A stretch of DNA of 64,000 nucleotides, taken from Bacteroidales bacterium. Its GTDB lineage: Bacteria > Bacteroidota > Bacteroidia > Bacteroidales > ML635J-15. A program made the position numbers and the translations under genes. The stretch spans positions 78,917 to 142,916 of the forward strand of contig QKHS01000006.1 in the NCBI GenBank assembly GCA_003249955.1. Direction: 5' to 3'. The notes under the pieces were generated by a model that had not been told where the DNA came from, searched no databases, and saw only the letters and a list, made by a program, of their open reading frames with translations. Shown in pieces: positions 35,704-46,844 of the stretch (its first letter is position 1; every line of letters begins with the position of its first letter).

Positions 35704-38700
35704 ATGAATAAGCACATTAAAATAATCCTGACTATATTGCTGATTTCCGTTTCACAATTACTAATTTCACAGGAAATATGCAACAACGGAATAGATGATG
35801 ACGGTGATGGATTAATTGATTTGAATGACACTGAAGATTGTTTTTGTGATAGTATTATTACCAATAATGTTCCTTCTTTAATTCCCAATCCTTCATTCGA
35901 AGGTCATTCGTGTTGCCCGGAAGAAAACTCACAATTAGATTGTGCCAACACATGGATACAGGCATCACAAGCCACCAGCGATTATTTCAACACCTGCGGA
36001 TTCACCGGAGCAGCCCCCTTGCCTTTTCCTGACGGAACTGCCGGCGCAGGAGTAATCTGTACGGATAATTATTCGGAATATATCGGGGCATGTTTAAACT
36101 CTGTTATGCAGGCGGGTCAAACATATCAGATTCAGTTTGATCTGGCTTTTGAGGTAATTACGGATATGGGAGAACATTATCCTACTTTCCCGGTTGATTT
36201 ACCACCGATTGAATTTACAATTTACGGAACAACCAGTTGCAGTTACTTACCTTTTGACGGGACAAACTGTCCGATAGGTTACGGGAATTGGCAGGTGTTG
36301 GGGACAGTAACTGTAGATCCTGAAGATATACATGCAGAATGGGACAATTTTACAATCAGTTTCAGTCCACCTGCAAATATCAGAGCAATAGTTCTCGGCG
36401 GCCCGTGCGATTACCCTTCAGGGGGGGAATACTCTGCAGGGTTGTTAAATCCAGTTGGAGAACAATTAATGCCCTACTTCTTTGTTGACAATCTGATTCT
36501 TAATAATGCATCATTATGGGGTATTCCCATTACTGTTGAAGGAGAATACTGCACCAACAATCTTGAACTTAGTGTAACTACCAATGCCATCCAGACTGTA
36601 CAATGGTATCTCGACGGAGTTGCAATTGATAATGAGTATTTCAACACTCTGGAAGTTTCGCAAAACGGATTACCTCCGGGAACCTATACCGTTGTTGTAT
36701 CTGACTTTGCAAATTGTGCTACAGGAACTGTAACAATTATAGCCCCCGAAATTGACATTTACCCGATAAATAACATGTCGTCATGCCATGAAATTTATTT
36801 ACCCCCAATTACAGGAGAGAATCTTACCGGAAACCAAAACTATTATACAGAACCTCACGGACAGGGAGAAATTGTAACTTCTCCTGTAACTGAGCCAATG
36901 ATGGTTTATGCTTATGATGCAATCGGAGATTGTTTCGATCAGGAAGGATTTTTTGTAAACCCGTACAATTCCCCTAATGTTATGGACGTTCCTGACCAGA
37001 CAGCATGCAGCAATTACGATCTCCCTGTGATAACCGGCACACAGCTTACCGGCAACCAAAATTACTATAACGGGCCAAACGGAACCGGAGGCATTGTAAA
37101 CTCTCCTGTTATCGCATCACAACTTGTATATATTTACGATGGGAACAGTGCATGCTATGATGAAGAAAGCTTTAACGTTACAATTTATGACACACCGGAT
37201 ATTTCAGATATTCCTGAATTAATTGGCTGCAATTACGTTGACCTGCCGGGAATTACAGGTAATTTTTTAACCGGAAATCAAAACTATTATTCCATGCCAA
37301 ACGGACAGGGCAACATCATAGATACTCATGTTACTCATTCTCAGATTATATATGCTTACGATGCCAATTTGTTCTGTTCTGATAATATTCCTGTGAACAT
37401 TACTGTTTACAATGATCTTCCTGCATATGCCGGAGAAGACGCTTTTACTTGCGGAACAAGTATTAGTCTTGAAGCCATTCCGAGTATTCCCGGTTCAAAC
37501 GGCTACTGGACAGGCTCAGGGCTGATCTCAGATCCGGATCAGCCTGAAACAGAAATAACCAATGAGTACGGGACATATACATATTATTGGTACGAATCCT
37601 ATGATGTTTGTGACGGACTTGATTCAATTACAGTCAGCTTCATAACATCTCCGGCTCCGTTTATTTCTGTAGAAGCCGATACTGTTTGTACAAACAGTTA
37701 CCATCTTCAGGCAGAAAATGTTCAATATCCGGGTTTCTGGGCTGCCTATAATCCCGCTGATCACAGTTTAATTTCTCCTGCACCATTGTATTTCCCGTCA
37801 GTTACCAGTCCTGACGTGACTGTTGTAGTCGGGAATTTTAACGGAGCACGCCTAAATGTGGAATTTGTCTGGACTGAGCAACATCAGGTGATTGATAACA
37901 TTTGCAACACAACGGCATCAACAATTATAACTTTTGCAAAACAACCTGTTGCAAGTGTCGGAGCTATAGACGAAGCTGAAGTGTGCGGAATGTTATTCAC
38001 AGGATTAAGTGCAGACATGACAGGATCAGAATGGGCAGACGGTGAATGGATTTCTCCGGAAGTCTCATGTCTGTTTGCAGATTGCACCCAACCACATACC
38101 TCAGCAACCCTGATTAATGACGGGGTATTCGGCGACACTGCATATGTAACAGTTCCGTTTTTATGGACATTAGACAATTACGGCTGCTCCGACATAGATA
38201 CTATGTGGGTTAGTTTTTACCGCCAGCCACATGCAAATGCGGGGATTGACGGAGCAGTCTGCGGTTCGGAATATAATCTTGGAGCAGTCTTCGACTTTAC
38301 AGAAAATAATAATTACACTCCATCAGGTAGCTGGTCCACAGAAAATGATTTCATTCATATAGAGACACCGTATTCAGACTCAACCTATGTCAATGCCGGA
38401 GAATTTGGCATCTTTGAATTTGTTTTCAGAGAAAACAATTCAACCCTGAGTTCTTGTTTTTCAACAGATACAGTAAGTGTAGAGTTCCTTGAGATACCGG
38501 TTATTTATGCAGGTGATGACACATATGTGTGCGGTAATTGCACCGAGCTGAACGCTACAAGTGCAGGATTTTCCGGTACATGGCTTCCTACTCCGGGAGC
38601 ATATTTTACAGACTTTACTGACACATCTACAGTAGTATGCGTTCCTCCGGACTGCGGAGAATATGTATTCTCATGGATAGAAAGCAATCAGGCTGTTACA

Positions 38701-40419
38701 AGTACACTCTCCTGCTCATCAATAGATCAGGTTGTATATACATTCTTTAAAATCCCGGATGCTGATATTCTTACAGACGAAGATGATTCTTTAGCCTGTG
38801 GATTACAATTCACAAGGCTGCGTGCCGAGAATCCGGGATCAGATATTTCGGCATACTGGTACAGCGAAAGCACAGGAGTTAGTTTTGGCAATCCGTTTTC
38901 TTACAATACCTGGGTAGATGTTTCAGCATACGGCTGCTACGACTTTTACTGGATTGAACAAACCGGTCCGGCTTTTCAACCCGGATATTGCACAGACACT
39001 GCCGGGCCGCTAAACATCTGCTTCTTTGAAATTCCTGAAGCAAATGCCGGATCTGATACAATTTTCTGCGGATTGTCTGGCACGCTCAATGCTATTCCGA
39101 GCGTGGGTACCGGTGTATGGAGTGATCCGTCAACGACCAATGTAATTATAGCAGATCGTAACAATCCGGCATCCGCAATTAATTCATTCATATATAATAC
39201 AGATCCCGAAAATGTAGATTCCTTCACACTCATATGGACAGAAGATAACGGACATTGTACGGATAACGCAACTGTTGAAGTTGTTTTCTCCAGAGTTCCG
39301 GGATCTGACATAACTGTAATTCCGCCCAAATGTTTTGGAGAAGCGGCCACTATTTCTGCAAATGATGATAACCAGGCTCATTATTCATGGAATTTTTACA
39401 ATGGGAATATTCAAAGCAGCCTGACAAATCAAAACGGAGGATCATACCAGCATATGGTTTACTGGGATAACGAAAACGATTCACACGAGATCAGTCTGGT
39501 TGTCACAAATGAATGGGATTGCCCAAGCCCCATAAACATAGACACTATACATGAGCCTCCTGTTCCTGAATCCGGATTTACAATTATTTCCGACACCTGT
39601 AGTTTGGGGAAAGGCGGAATTATATTTAACGATACTTCCGAAAACTCGTTTTTCTGGATCGACACAACCATTGGCCCGTCAGCCGGCTCACCCGTCACCT
39701 CAATATACAATTTACCCACCGGAAGCTATCCTGTCCGCAGATCATATCTCACAACAAACATAGAAAATTACTCGTACTATATAAACACATTCGGCACAGC
39801 AAACTGCATCGACACAACATTTTACAAAATTCCTGCAATCGGAATGCTTGAAGCGGAAATATCCGTTTCGACAGATGTTATCTTTTCTGAACTTGTGGCA
39901 CCAAACGCTACCGTAGTCTTTCTCAATACCTCCGATTATGACAACGTAAGCAAACGCTGCGAATGGCATTTTGATGACGGAACAATTCTGAAAAATTGCG
40001 ATGAACTCGTTGAACATGTGTACACCAAAGCAGGATGCTACGAACCATTTCTGATTATTTCAAACAGGGACTTACCCGAATGCCGTGACACAGCCCGTTT
40101 AAAAGCCTGTATTAATATTGACAATGCCAGCAAAATAGAAATCCCTAACATTTTTTCACCTAATGCCGACGGAATTAATGACTATTTTCAGGTAAAAGCC
40201 CGGACATTAAAGTCTTTTAACGGAGTTATTGTAAACCGTTGGGGAAAAATAATTTTCGAGTGGTCAGACTGGGAAAACTACGAAGCTGGCTGGGATGGGA
40301 AACTAAGCGGAGGAAGCGATGCTTCTCCCGGGGTTTACTTTTACATTATCAACGCTGAAGGTTTTGATGGAGAAATATATGATGAGCACGGGGCATTTCA
40401 CCTTATGAGAGAACAATAA
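35704..40419 (+). CDS. Giant T9SS type B (gliding-motility-associated C-terminal domain) surface protein
   Basis: Signal peptide. The C-terminus IPNIFSPNADGINDYF...VNRWGKIIFE...WDGK...PGVYFYII is the CHU_C/type B sorting domain. The N-terminus has a CNNGIDDDGDGLIDLND Cys/Asp motif, and three ~65-aa LTGNQNYY modules follow. Confidence 0.85.
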   Translation: MNKHIKIILTILLISVSQLLISQEICNNGIDDDGDGLIDLNDTEDCFCDSIITNNVPSLIPNPSFEGHSCCPEENSQLDCANTWIQASQATSDYFNTCGFTGAAPLPFPDGTAGAGVICTDNYSEYIGACLNSVMQAGQTYQIQFDLAFEVITDMGEHYPTFPVDLPPIEFTIYGTTSCSYLPFDGTNCPIGYGNWQVLGTVTVDPEDIHAEWDNFTISFSPPANIRAIVLGGPCDYPSGGEYSAGLLNPVGEQLMPYFFVDNLILNNASLWGIPITVEGEYCTNNLELSVTTNAIQTVQWYLDGVAIDNEYFNTLEVSQNGLPPGTYTVVVSDFANCATGTVTIIAPEIDIYPINNMSSCHEIYLPPITGENLTGNQNYYTEPHGQGEIVTSPVTEPMMVYAYDAIGDCFDQEGFFVNPYNSPNVMDVPDQTACSNYDLPVITGTQLTGNQNYYNGPNGTGGIVNSPVIASQLVYIYDGNSACYDEESFNVTIYDTPDISDIPELIGCNYVDLPGITGNFLTGNQNYYSMPNGQGNIIDTHVTHSQIIYAYDANLFCSDNIPVNITVYNDLPAYAGEDAFTCGTSISLEAIPSIPGSNGYWTGSGLISDPDQPETEITNEYGTYTYYWYESYDVCDGLDSITVSFITSPAPFISVEADTVCTNSYHLQAENVQYPGFWAAYNPADHSLISPAPLYFPSVTSPDVTVVVGNFNGARLNVEFVWTEQHQVIDNICNTTASTIITFAKQPVASVGAIDEAEVCGMLFTGLSADMTGSEWADGEWISPEVSCLFADCTQPHTSATLINDGVFGDTAYVTVPFLWTLDNYGCSDIDTMWVSFYRQPHANAGIDGAVCGSEYNLGAVFDFTENNNYTPSGSWSTENDFIHIETPYSDSTYVNAGEFGIFEFVFRENNSTLSSCFSTDTVSVEFLEIPVIYAGDDTYVCGNCTELNATSAGFSGTWLPTPGAYFTDFTDTSTVVCVPPDCGEYVFSWIESNQAVTSTLSCSSIDQVVYTFFKIPDADILTDEDDSLACGLQFTRLRAENPGSDISAYWYSESTGVSFGNPFSYNTWVDVSAYGCYDFYWIEQTGPAFQPGYCTDTAGPLNICFFEIPEANAGSDTIFCGLSGTLNAIPSVGTGVWSDPSTTNVIIADRNNPASAINSFIYNTDPENVDSFTLIWTEDNGHCTDNATVEVVFSRVPGSDITVIPPKCFGEAATISANDDNQAHYSWNFYNGNIQSSLTNQNGGSYQHMVYWDNENDSHEISLVVTNEWDCPSPINIDTIHEPPVPESGFTIISDTCSLGKGGIIFNDTSENSFFWIDTTIGPSAGSPVTSIYNLPTGSYPVRRSYLTTNIENYSYYINTFGTANCIDTTFYKIPAIGMLEAEISVSTDVIFSELVAPNATVVFLNTSDYDNVSKRCEWHFDDGTILKNCDELVEHVYTKAGCYEPFLIISNRDLPECRDTARLKACINIDNASKIEIPNIFSPNADGINDYFQVKARTLKSFNGVIVNRWGKIIFEWSDWENYEAGWDGKLSGGSDASPGVYFYIINAEGFDGEIYDEHGAFHLMREQ

Positions 40420-40699
40420 AACATTCTATTGTTTTTTCTTTAACATACATTCCTGATAATTTTCGCTTGTAACTTTAATAATAATTGTTTAAAGAATTAT
40501 TAAGAGAAGACTAAACAATCCGGCAAAAAGTCAAAATCACGAATTAAAAACTGCTGTTTTAACAAAACCACATAAGGCTGTTTTTATTGCTGTGCAACGC
40601 GTACAATCATAAAACAGATAAAATATACAGTTGGCATACAGATAGTTTTTTAACATAAAAATGTTTGATTATCAGCAGAATAATTTTATATTTTTTGCT

Positions 40700-40707
40700 T
40701 ATATTTG
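40700..40707 (+). promoter_or_regulatory. Bacteroidota-type -7 promoter box TATATTTG
   Basis: Exact TAnnTTTG match 26 nt upstream of the ATG at 40733. It lies inside the longer tracked ORF. Confidence 0.4.
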
Positions 40708-40732
40708 CCTGACAAAAACAAGATTTCATTCA

Positions 40733-41554
40733 ATGAAAGAGGACAACAAAACCGTAAATGCTTTGTGGATTGGCAAGACCCTTTCTCCTACCGAGCTGTT
40801 AACAATACGTTCCTTTATTGATAATAACCATAGCTTTGTGTTATGGGCTTATGATGAAATTGAGACAGAGCTTCCGGCGGGCACTATATTAAAAGATGCC
40901 AATGAAATCTTCCCCAGGAAAAATGTATTTTGTTACAAATATTCGAACCAGTTCGGACATGGCAAAGGAAGCTATGCAGGATTCAGTGATATTTTCAGAT
41001 ATAAATTATTATATCTTTATGGAGGATGGTGGACAGACATGGATGTAACCTGTCTTAAACCTCTTGATTTTGAAGAAGAATATGTTTTCAGGACACATCA
41101 TTCGTTGCCTCTTGTCGGTAATATTATGAAATGCCCTAAAAACAGCCCATTGATGAAAAAATGTTTTGAAGAAGCTGTTGCCAAAGTTGATGAAAATAAT
41201 CGGGACTGGCATTTACCGATTCAGATTCTGGTTGATAATGTATCAAAATTCGGATTAAATCATTACATAAGAATATTCTCAAACCCGGATAGCTGGGACT
41301 TGATAAGATTAATGATGCAAAAAGATTACCCAGTTTCTGAAGACTGGTATGTAATTCACTGGGTAAACGAAGAATGGAGACGGAACAAAATAAATAAATC
41401 TGTATTCCTTAAGAAATCATTATTTTATCAAATGGCAAGGAAACACAATATTAATATTTCTCCGGCAAAGCCATTAAAAGCATTGGGAATAAAAATTAAA
41501 TTAACCAAGCTTAGTTTTGGGTTAAGTTTTGTTGCAGCAAAAATAAAAAATTGA
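40733..41554 (+). CDS. Glycosyltransferase, GT32-like (DXD sugar transferase)
   Basis: Motifs NALWIG...LSPTELLTIRSF and FSDIFRYKLLYLYGGWWTDMDV (DXD). Start set at MKEDNKT. Confidence 0.6.
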   Translation: MKEDNKTVNALWIGKTLSPTELLTIRSFIDNNHSFVLWAYDEIETELPAGTILKDANEIFPRKNVFCYKYSNQFGHGKGSYAGFSDIFRYKLLYLYGGWWTDMDVTCLKPLDFEEEYVFRTHHSLPLVGNIMKCPKNSPLMKKCFEEAVAKVDENNRDWHLPIQILVDNVSKFGLNHYIRIFSNPDSWDLIRLMMQKDYPVSEDWYVIHWVNEEWRRNKINKSVFLKKSLFYQMARKHNINISPAKPLKALGIKIKLTKLSFGLSFVAAKIKN

Positions 41555-41646
41555 TTATTTCTGTTTCGAATAACTATTTCAAAAAAATATTTTTTTTATT
41601 CATTTTTTTAGTAAATTTACTAGCTGAATAATTAATTCATCCTATC

Positions 41647-44286
41647 ATGAAAAAATACTTTTTTACTCTTCAGATGTTGTTGTTTTTGTCTGTTGTTTCC
41701 TTTTCACAACCATTCGGCAACGATATCCAAATGTTATCAATTAATTGTCCAAACGGTAATTATTATTACGGAAGTGAACTGCAATATCCTTCATTTACTG
41801 TAAAAAACACAGGAATTAATCAGATTAATGAAATTAATGTTTATTACAGCATTGACGAAAACGAAGAAATCCTGAGAAATCTTACAAATATTGCATTACA
41901 AACCGGCCAAACCCGTAATGTTCTGTTTCCCGAAATTGAGCTGATACCGGGTACACATAGTATTTCTGCAAGAGTAGAGATTGTTGGAGCAGATGATGAA
42001 TTTACAAATGATAATTTTCTGGAATCAACGTTTTCTTTCGGAGGTGAGGACATTGGCATTTGTCAGATATCCGGACCTGATTCAGATTATTGCGGCATTG
42101 AACAGCCGGTACCCGCTGTATGGGTTAAAAATTATTCAGATATTGATATAAGCTCGTTTACCGTAAGTTACAGACTTGACTTTTATCCTGTTGTTTCCAT
42201 TGATGTAACAGAAACCATAGCCCCTGGCGATAGCATTCTTGTTGTTTTCGATGCAGTTACAATCAGTTCCGGAAACCATGCAATCCAGTTCATTTGTTCT
42301 GCCCCTAACGGTAACCAGGACTCAAATACTGCAAATAACTCTATGTCCCTGTCATTCGATTACTCCAATGGAAAACATATACTCATATCAATATTAACCG
42401 ATAACTTTGGAAGTGAAACCTCATGGGATTTAAAAAATTCCATGAATCAACTCATAGCTCACGGATCAGGATATAGCTCCAACACTTTGTATGAACACAA
42501 TTTATGCCTTAGTGCAGATTGTTTTACGTTCACAATTTATGATTCATATGGTGATGGCATGTGCGGCAGTTTTGGTACCGGATATTACAAAATAGAAGAT
42601 GTTGACGGAGAAGAAATCATTATTACAGGTTGTGATTTTACCACAAGTGCTACCGCAAACTTCTGTATAGAAACACCTCCCGGACCTCCGGTTGCAAACT
42701 TTTCCCATTCTGATGTTAACAATTGTACCGGAACTGTAAATTTCTATGATAACAGCAACTGTAACCCTGCTGCAGTATCATGGTTATGGAATTTTGGTGA
42801 CGGAACAACATCTGACGAACAAAATCCGGTTCACACGTATGCAATGAACGGGTCTTATAATGTAAGCATGCAGGTAACTAACTCATCCGGAACATCTTCA
42901 TTAACCATTCCGAATTCTGTTCTGATAAACAAAGAAGCGTCTCCTTTCATTGCAGATGAACACTTTTGTTACGGAGAAAATGTAAGCTTTTTTGCCCCAG
43001 AAGGTACTGATCAGCTATATTGGTATGCAACGCCTTATTCTGAAACTCCTTTGCAGATAGGATCAAACATCAGTTTTGCAAATCTTACAAACGATACTAT
43101 TGTTTATTATGAGTCTGGCTCCGAACCTCAAATATCCAACGTAGGTCTTACTGACAATACCGGAGCAGGAGGATATTTTTCTTTTTCAATTGACAGAGCT
43201 GTTTATTTCGATGCCATTAGTGAAGTAACAATAAAATCAGCCACTGTTTATGCCAGCGGGGCAGCAACAAGAACCATAACCCTTAAAAATTCAGGAGGGA
43301 CAGTTCTGGACACAAGGGTGATAAACATTCCTGACGGGGAAAGCATAATAGATCTGGATTTTCAGGTTCCTGCAGGAGAAGATTATGCAATACATGTCAA
43401 TACTGCCAACAATTTGTCATATACAGGCGATTACGGAGGCCCTGACGTAGGTTATCCTTTCACTGTTCCCGATTTAATAAGTTTTACAGGAAATAACTAC
43501 AGCAACAGCTTCTGGTATTTCTTTTATAATATAGAAGTCCAGGCCGGCTCCGGAAGCTCTTGTATTACAGCAAGAACTCCTTTAACAGCAATAATGTCTC
43601 CGCAAACTGTTTCTCTGGGAAATGACACAACCATATGCAACGGAAACAGTTTCTATCTTAGCCCGGAAACAGAATATTCCGGTTATTTATGGAATACGGG
43701 TTCAGAAGAGCCTTCAATTGAAATTAGTGAATCTGGAAACTATCTTGTAACCGTAACTGACGAATATTCATGTACCGCAGACGGATCTGTAAATATTACT
43801 GTTTCTGAAGAGCTTGTATTAAACGAGTATGTCCAGCATCCTTCTGCAGTTGGCAGCAACGATGGAAGTATAGAAATAGAGATTATTTCCGGCAGCGAAC
43901 CCTACGAAATTATATGGAGCAATTCTTCTACAGACTTCGTTATCGGAAATCTGGCTCCGGGGTATTACAGCTATACAATTACAGACAACGAAAACTGCAC
44001 ACATACAGGATCTGTTGAAATTTTCAGTTCAGTACAAACCTCTGTGGAAAACAAAATGTCTGTAAATATATATCCAAACCCTGCAAAGGACATACTTACA
44101 GTAAAATCTGAAGTGAACGGAAGTTTGCAAATTATACTTTACGACTTAAACTCCAAAGAGCTTATTAATACATTTACTAAAAGTCCTGAAACAGAGCTTA
44201 ATATTGAAGGCATTAAACCTGGTGTTTATATACTCAACATTAAAGGATCTGGATTTACAACAAATCAGAAAATTATCAAGGAATAA
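41647..44286 (+). CDS. T9SS type A sorting-domain surface protein with PKD domain
   Basis: Signal peptide, a PKD motif WNFGDGTTSDEQNPVHTYAMNGSYNVSMQVTN, and a C-terminus NIYPNPAKDILTV...GVYILNIKG...NQKIIKE (Por secretion tail). Confidence 0.85.
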   Translation: MKKYFFTLQMLLFLSVVSFSQPFGNDIQMLSINCPNGNYYYGSELQYPSFTVKNTGINQINEINVYYSIDENEEILRNLTNIALQTGQTRNVLFPEIELIPGTHSISARVEIVGADDEFTNDNFLESTFSFGGEDIGICQISGPDSDYCGIEQPVPAVWVKNYSDIDISSFTVSYRLDFYPVVSIDVTETIAPGDSILVVFDAVTISSGNHAIQFICSAPNGNQDSNTANNSMSLSFDYSNGKHILISILTDNFGSETSWDLKNSMNQLIAHGSGYSSNTLYEHNLCLSADCFTFTIYDSYGDGMCGSFGTGYYKIEDVDGEEIIITGCDFTTSATANFCIETPPGPPVANFSHSDVNNCTGTVNFYDNSNCNPAAVSWLWNFGDGTTSDEQNPVHTYAMNGSYNVSMQVTNSSGTSSLTIPNSVLINKEASPFIADEHFCYGENVSFFAPEGTDQLYWYATPYSETPLQIGSNISFANLTNDTIVYYESGSEPQISNVGLTDNTGAGGYFSFSIDRAVYFDAISEVTIKSATVYASGAATRTITLKNSGGTVLDTRVINIPDGESIIDLDFQVPAGEDYAIHVNTANNLSYTGDYGGPDVGYPFTVPDLISFTGNNYSNSFWYFFYNIEVQAGSGSSCITARTPLTAIMSPQTVSLGNDTTICNGNSFYLSPETEYSGYLWNTGSEEPSIEISESGNYLVTVTDEYSCTADGSVNITVSEELVLNEYVQHPSAVGSNDGSIEIEIISGSEPYEIIWSNSSTDFVIGNLAPGYYSYTITDNENCTHTGSVEIFSSVQTSVENKMSVNIYPNPAKDILTVKSEVNGSLQIILYDLNSKELINTFTKSPETELNIEGIKPGVYILNIKGSGFTTNQKIIKE

Positions 44287-44315
44287 AAAAAGCACCGTAT
44301 GGTGCTTTTTTTTTA
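44287..44315. terminator. Bidirectional rho-independent terminator
   Basis: The sequence is aaaaa-agcacc-gtat-ggtgct-ttttttttt, between convergent genes. Confidence 0.8.
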
Positions 44316-45176
44316 TTATCCTAAATAACTTTTAAGTAGTTTACTTCTGGAAGAATGGCGCAACCTTCTTATTGCTTTTTCTTTTATTTGTCTTACACGT
44401 TCTCTGGTAAGTCCAAATTTATCCCCTATTTCTTCAAGTGTCATATCCTGACATGAAATTCCGAAAAACAATTTAACGATATCTCTTTCCCTTTCAGTAA
44501 GAGTAGCCAATGCACGATCAATTTCTTTTGCAAGTGACTCATTTATTAGTTTTGAATCAGTGTTAGGCAGGTCGGAATTCTCAAGCACATCCAAAAGGCT
44601 GTTTTCTTCTCCGTTTACAAAAGGTGCATCAACAGATACATGACGACCTGATACCCTCAGTGTATCAACGACTTTATCTTCCGGTAAATCAAGAGCCTTT
44701 GCCAATTCTTCAGAAGTAGGACGTCTTTCATTCTCCTGTTCAAATTTAGAAAAAGCCTTATTTATTTTATTTAATGATCCTACCTGATTAAGCGGGAGTC
44801 TTACTATTCTGGACTGTTCAGCCAAAGCCTGTAAAATTGACTGACGAATCCACCACACTGCATATGAAATAAATTTAAAACCACGGGTTTCATCAAATTT
44901 TTCGGCTGCTTTAATAAGTCCCAGATTTCCTTCATTTATAAGATCGGGTAAACTTAAACCCTGATTTTGATACTGTTTTGCTACTGATACTACAAATCTT
45001 AAATTAGCTCTTGTAAGTTTTTCCAATGCAATTCTGTCTCCCTGCCTGATTCTTTGCGCGAGTTCAACTTCTTCATCAACCGTAATAAGTTCCTCTTTTC
45101 CGATCTCCTGCAAATATTTATCGAGAGAAGCACTTTCACGATTGGTAATTGATTTTGTAATTTTTAATTGTCTCAT
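44316..45176 (-). CDS. rpoD: Primary RNA polymerase sigma factor (Bacteroidota sigma-A)
   Basis: The N-terminus is [27 protein letters not shown]. Region 2 ([46 protein letters not shown]) and region 4 ([18 protein letters not shown]) are present. The 286-aa length is typical. Confidence 0.9.
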   Translation of the reverse strand: MRQLKITKSITNRESASLDKYLQEIGKEELITVDEEVELAQRIRQGDRIALEKLTRANLRFVVSVAKQYQNQGLSLPDLINEGNLGLIKAAEKFDETRGFKFISYAVWWIRQSILQALAEQSRIVRLPLNQVGSLNKINKAFSKFEQENERRPTSEELAKALDLPEDKVVDTLRVSGRHVSVDAPFVNGEENSLLDVLENSDLPNTDSKLINESLAKEIDRALATLTERERDIVKLFFGISCQDMTLEEIGDKFGLTRERVRQIKEKAIRRLRHSSRSKLLKSYLG

Positions 45177-45305
45177 TTCTTTCTAATCCAATCTTTATTT
45201 ATGTGTATTTACTTGTAAATTTCGTTCTCAATACGAATTAAAAACAAAAAGGTTATGATTTTTATAAAAATTTTACAACATTTTTTCCATCCATTAATAA
45301 AACGA

Positions 45306-45343
45306 AACTACCTGACAATTATTTTACTAATTATCAGGTAGTT
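45306..45343 (-). terminator. Putative terminator hairpin after the porin gene
   Basis: A 10-bp stem pairs aactacctga with tcaggtagtt, about 20 nt after the stop at 45364. The trailing U-tract on the minus strand is weak. Confidence 0.45.
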
Positions 45344-45363
45344 GGAATGTATATAGAGTTTAA

Positions 45364-46827
45364 CTAAAACTTAAATCCGAGGGTTGTTACAATTCTGCTG
45401 CGATCTTTTATTATGTCTGTTATAGGACTGGTATTATTATATCCTTCATACATAAAATATCCGCTTTTTCCTGTAATGTAAGAGTATGAAACGTCAAAGT
45501 ACATATTGTCGGATCTTACCCCCAAACCTCCGCTGTAAACAAGAGTATATGCATCTTTATTAATATGATCTGTTTTATAAGGAGTATCATAATATGCCCC
45601 ACCTGCTCTGAATGCCAATGGTCCGAATCTGTATTCCAGACCTAACTTCACATTGTGCGAAGGCTTATATTCTGTCCTTATGTTTTCATTCTCACCGGAA
45701 AATACATAATCATAACTTCTTAACCTTGCTAAAGAATAATCAACATATTCATAATCAATATTTACCAGAGCAATTTTCTGAATAATAAACCCGAGACTTG
45801 CGTTTGCTCTGAACGGAGAAGTAAGTTCATAATCAAAACTACCGAGATAAGAATCTTCTGATTTTGATTTTGTAGGGTCCTCAAAAGATGATGTAACAGA
45901 TGTATAATAACTATCCCTCAAGTCGTAAAATGTAGGAGTATGCACCGATCCACCTATTCTTACCCATGGCAAAGGTGAATACAATAATCCTATCTTAAAG
46001 TTAATACCCGAACCTTTTGTTTCAAGATATTCTTTAAAACTAAAAGAATTAAAATCGGGAATAGAATCAAGTTCATCTTTTTCCTGCAATATTTTTACCT
46101 CTTCGTAGTTTATTGCCTGAATGCCCATTGATGCTCCTATAAATATTTTATTCATTACATTTGCTGACATCGCAAAGTTATATTCTCCCTGGTTGCCGTT
46201 ACGATAAATAATCTGCTCCTGGCTCTGTCCGTATTTTCCGTAATAAACACTTACATAACTCATAGTATCCGGCAGGTTCTGATCTATAAGCCAGGATTCC
46301 CATGCAAGATTTGAATAAAAATTATCTTCACTGTTAAGATATGAGTATGAAATTCCATCTCCTCTTGCAGCAAACCAATCGGTCATAGAATTATAATCAT
46401 TTGTTCCCTTTATGTAGATATTCTCATTAAAATTATTTAACCTGTTGTATGATATTCCCAGGTTTATTGAAGTTATCCCGTTTTCATTATTAACAGGAAT
46501 TGTCCCGATATATGACAAGTTGTTTATATTAAAATTAAAATCATAATCAGATGCTTCACTGCCGTTAAAAGTTGCATAATTATTTGTTACAACAAAACCT
46601 GTGGAAAAAGAAAAATCTGAAGATTTGTAAACCCCCATACCTGCAGGATTAAAGTACAAAACAGACGGATCTGCACCTAACGCTCCGAATGAGCCTCCCA
46701 TGGCATTATATCTGGCTGTACCGCCAGGATTAAGTAATGAATACCTTAGAGCATCCACCTCATTCTGTCCGTAAACCCATCCTGATACAGACAATGCCAT
46801 ACCTATTAATATAATTGCTTTTCTCAT
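45364..46827 (-). CDS. FadL/TodX-like outer-membrane beta-barrel protein
   Basis: Signal peptide, then DALRYS...GGTARYNAMGGSFGALGADPSVLYFNPAGMG (FadL-like N-terminal hatch pattern). The terminal TTLGFKF is a beta-signal. Confidence 0.5.
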   Translation of the reverse strand: MRKAIILIGMALSVSGWVYGQNEVDALRYSLLNPGGTARYNAMGGSFGALGADPSVLYFNPAGMGVYKSSDFSFSTGFVVTNNYATFNGSEASDYDFNFNINNLSYIGTIPVNNENGITSINLGISYNRLNNFNENIYIKGTNDYNSMTDWFAARGDGISYSYLNSEDNFYSNLAWESWLIDQNLPDTMSYVSVYYGKYGQSQEQIIYRNGNQGEYNFAMSANVMNKIFIGASMGIQAINYEEVKILQEKDELDSIPDFNSFSFKEYLETKGSGINFKIGLLYSPLPWVRIGGSVHTPTFYDLRDSYYTSVTSSFEDPTKSKSEDSYLGSFDYELTSPFRANASLGFIIQKIALVNIDYEYVDYSLARLRSYDYVFSGENENIRTEYKPSHNVKLGLEYRFGPLAFRAGGAYYDTPYKTDHINKDAYTLVYSGGLGVRSDNMYFDVSYSYITGKSGYFMYEGYNNTSPITDIIKDRSRIVTTLGFKF

Positions 46828-46844
46828 GACTTAAAATTTAAAAG

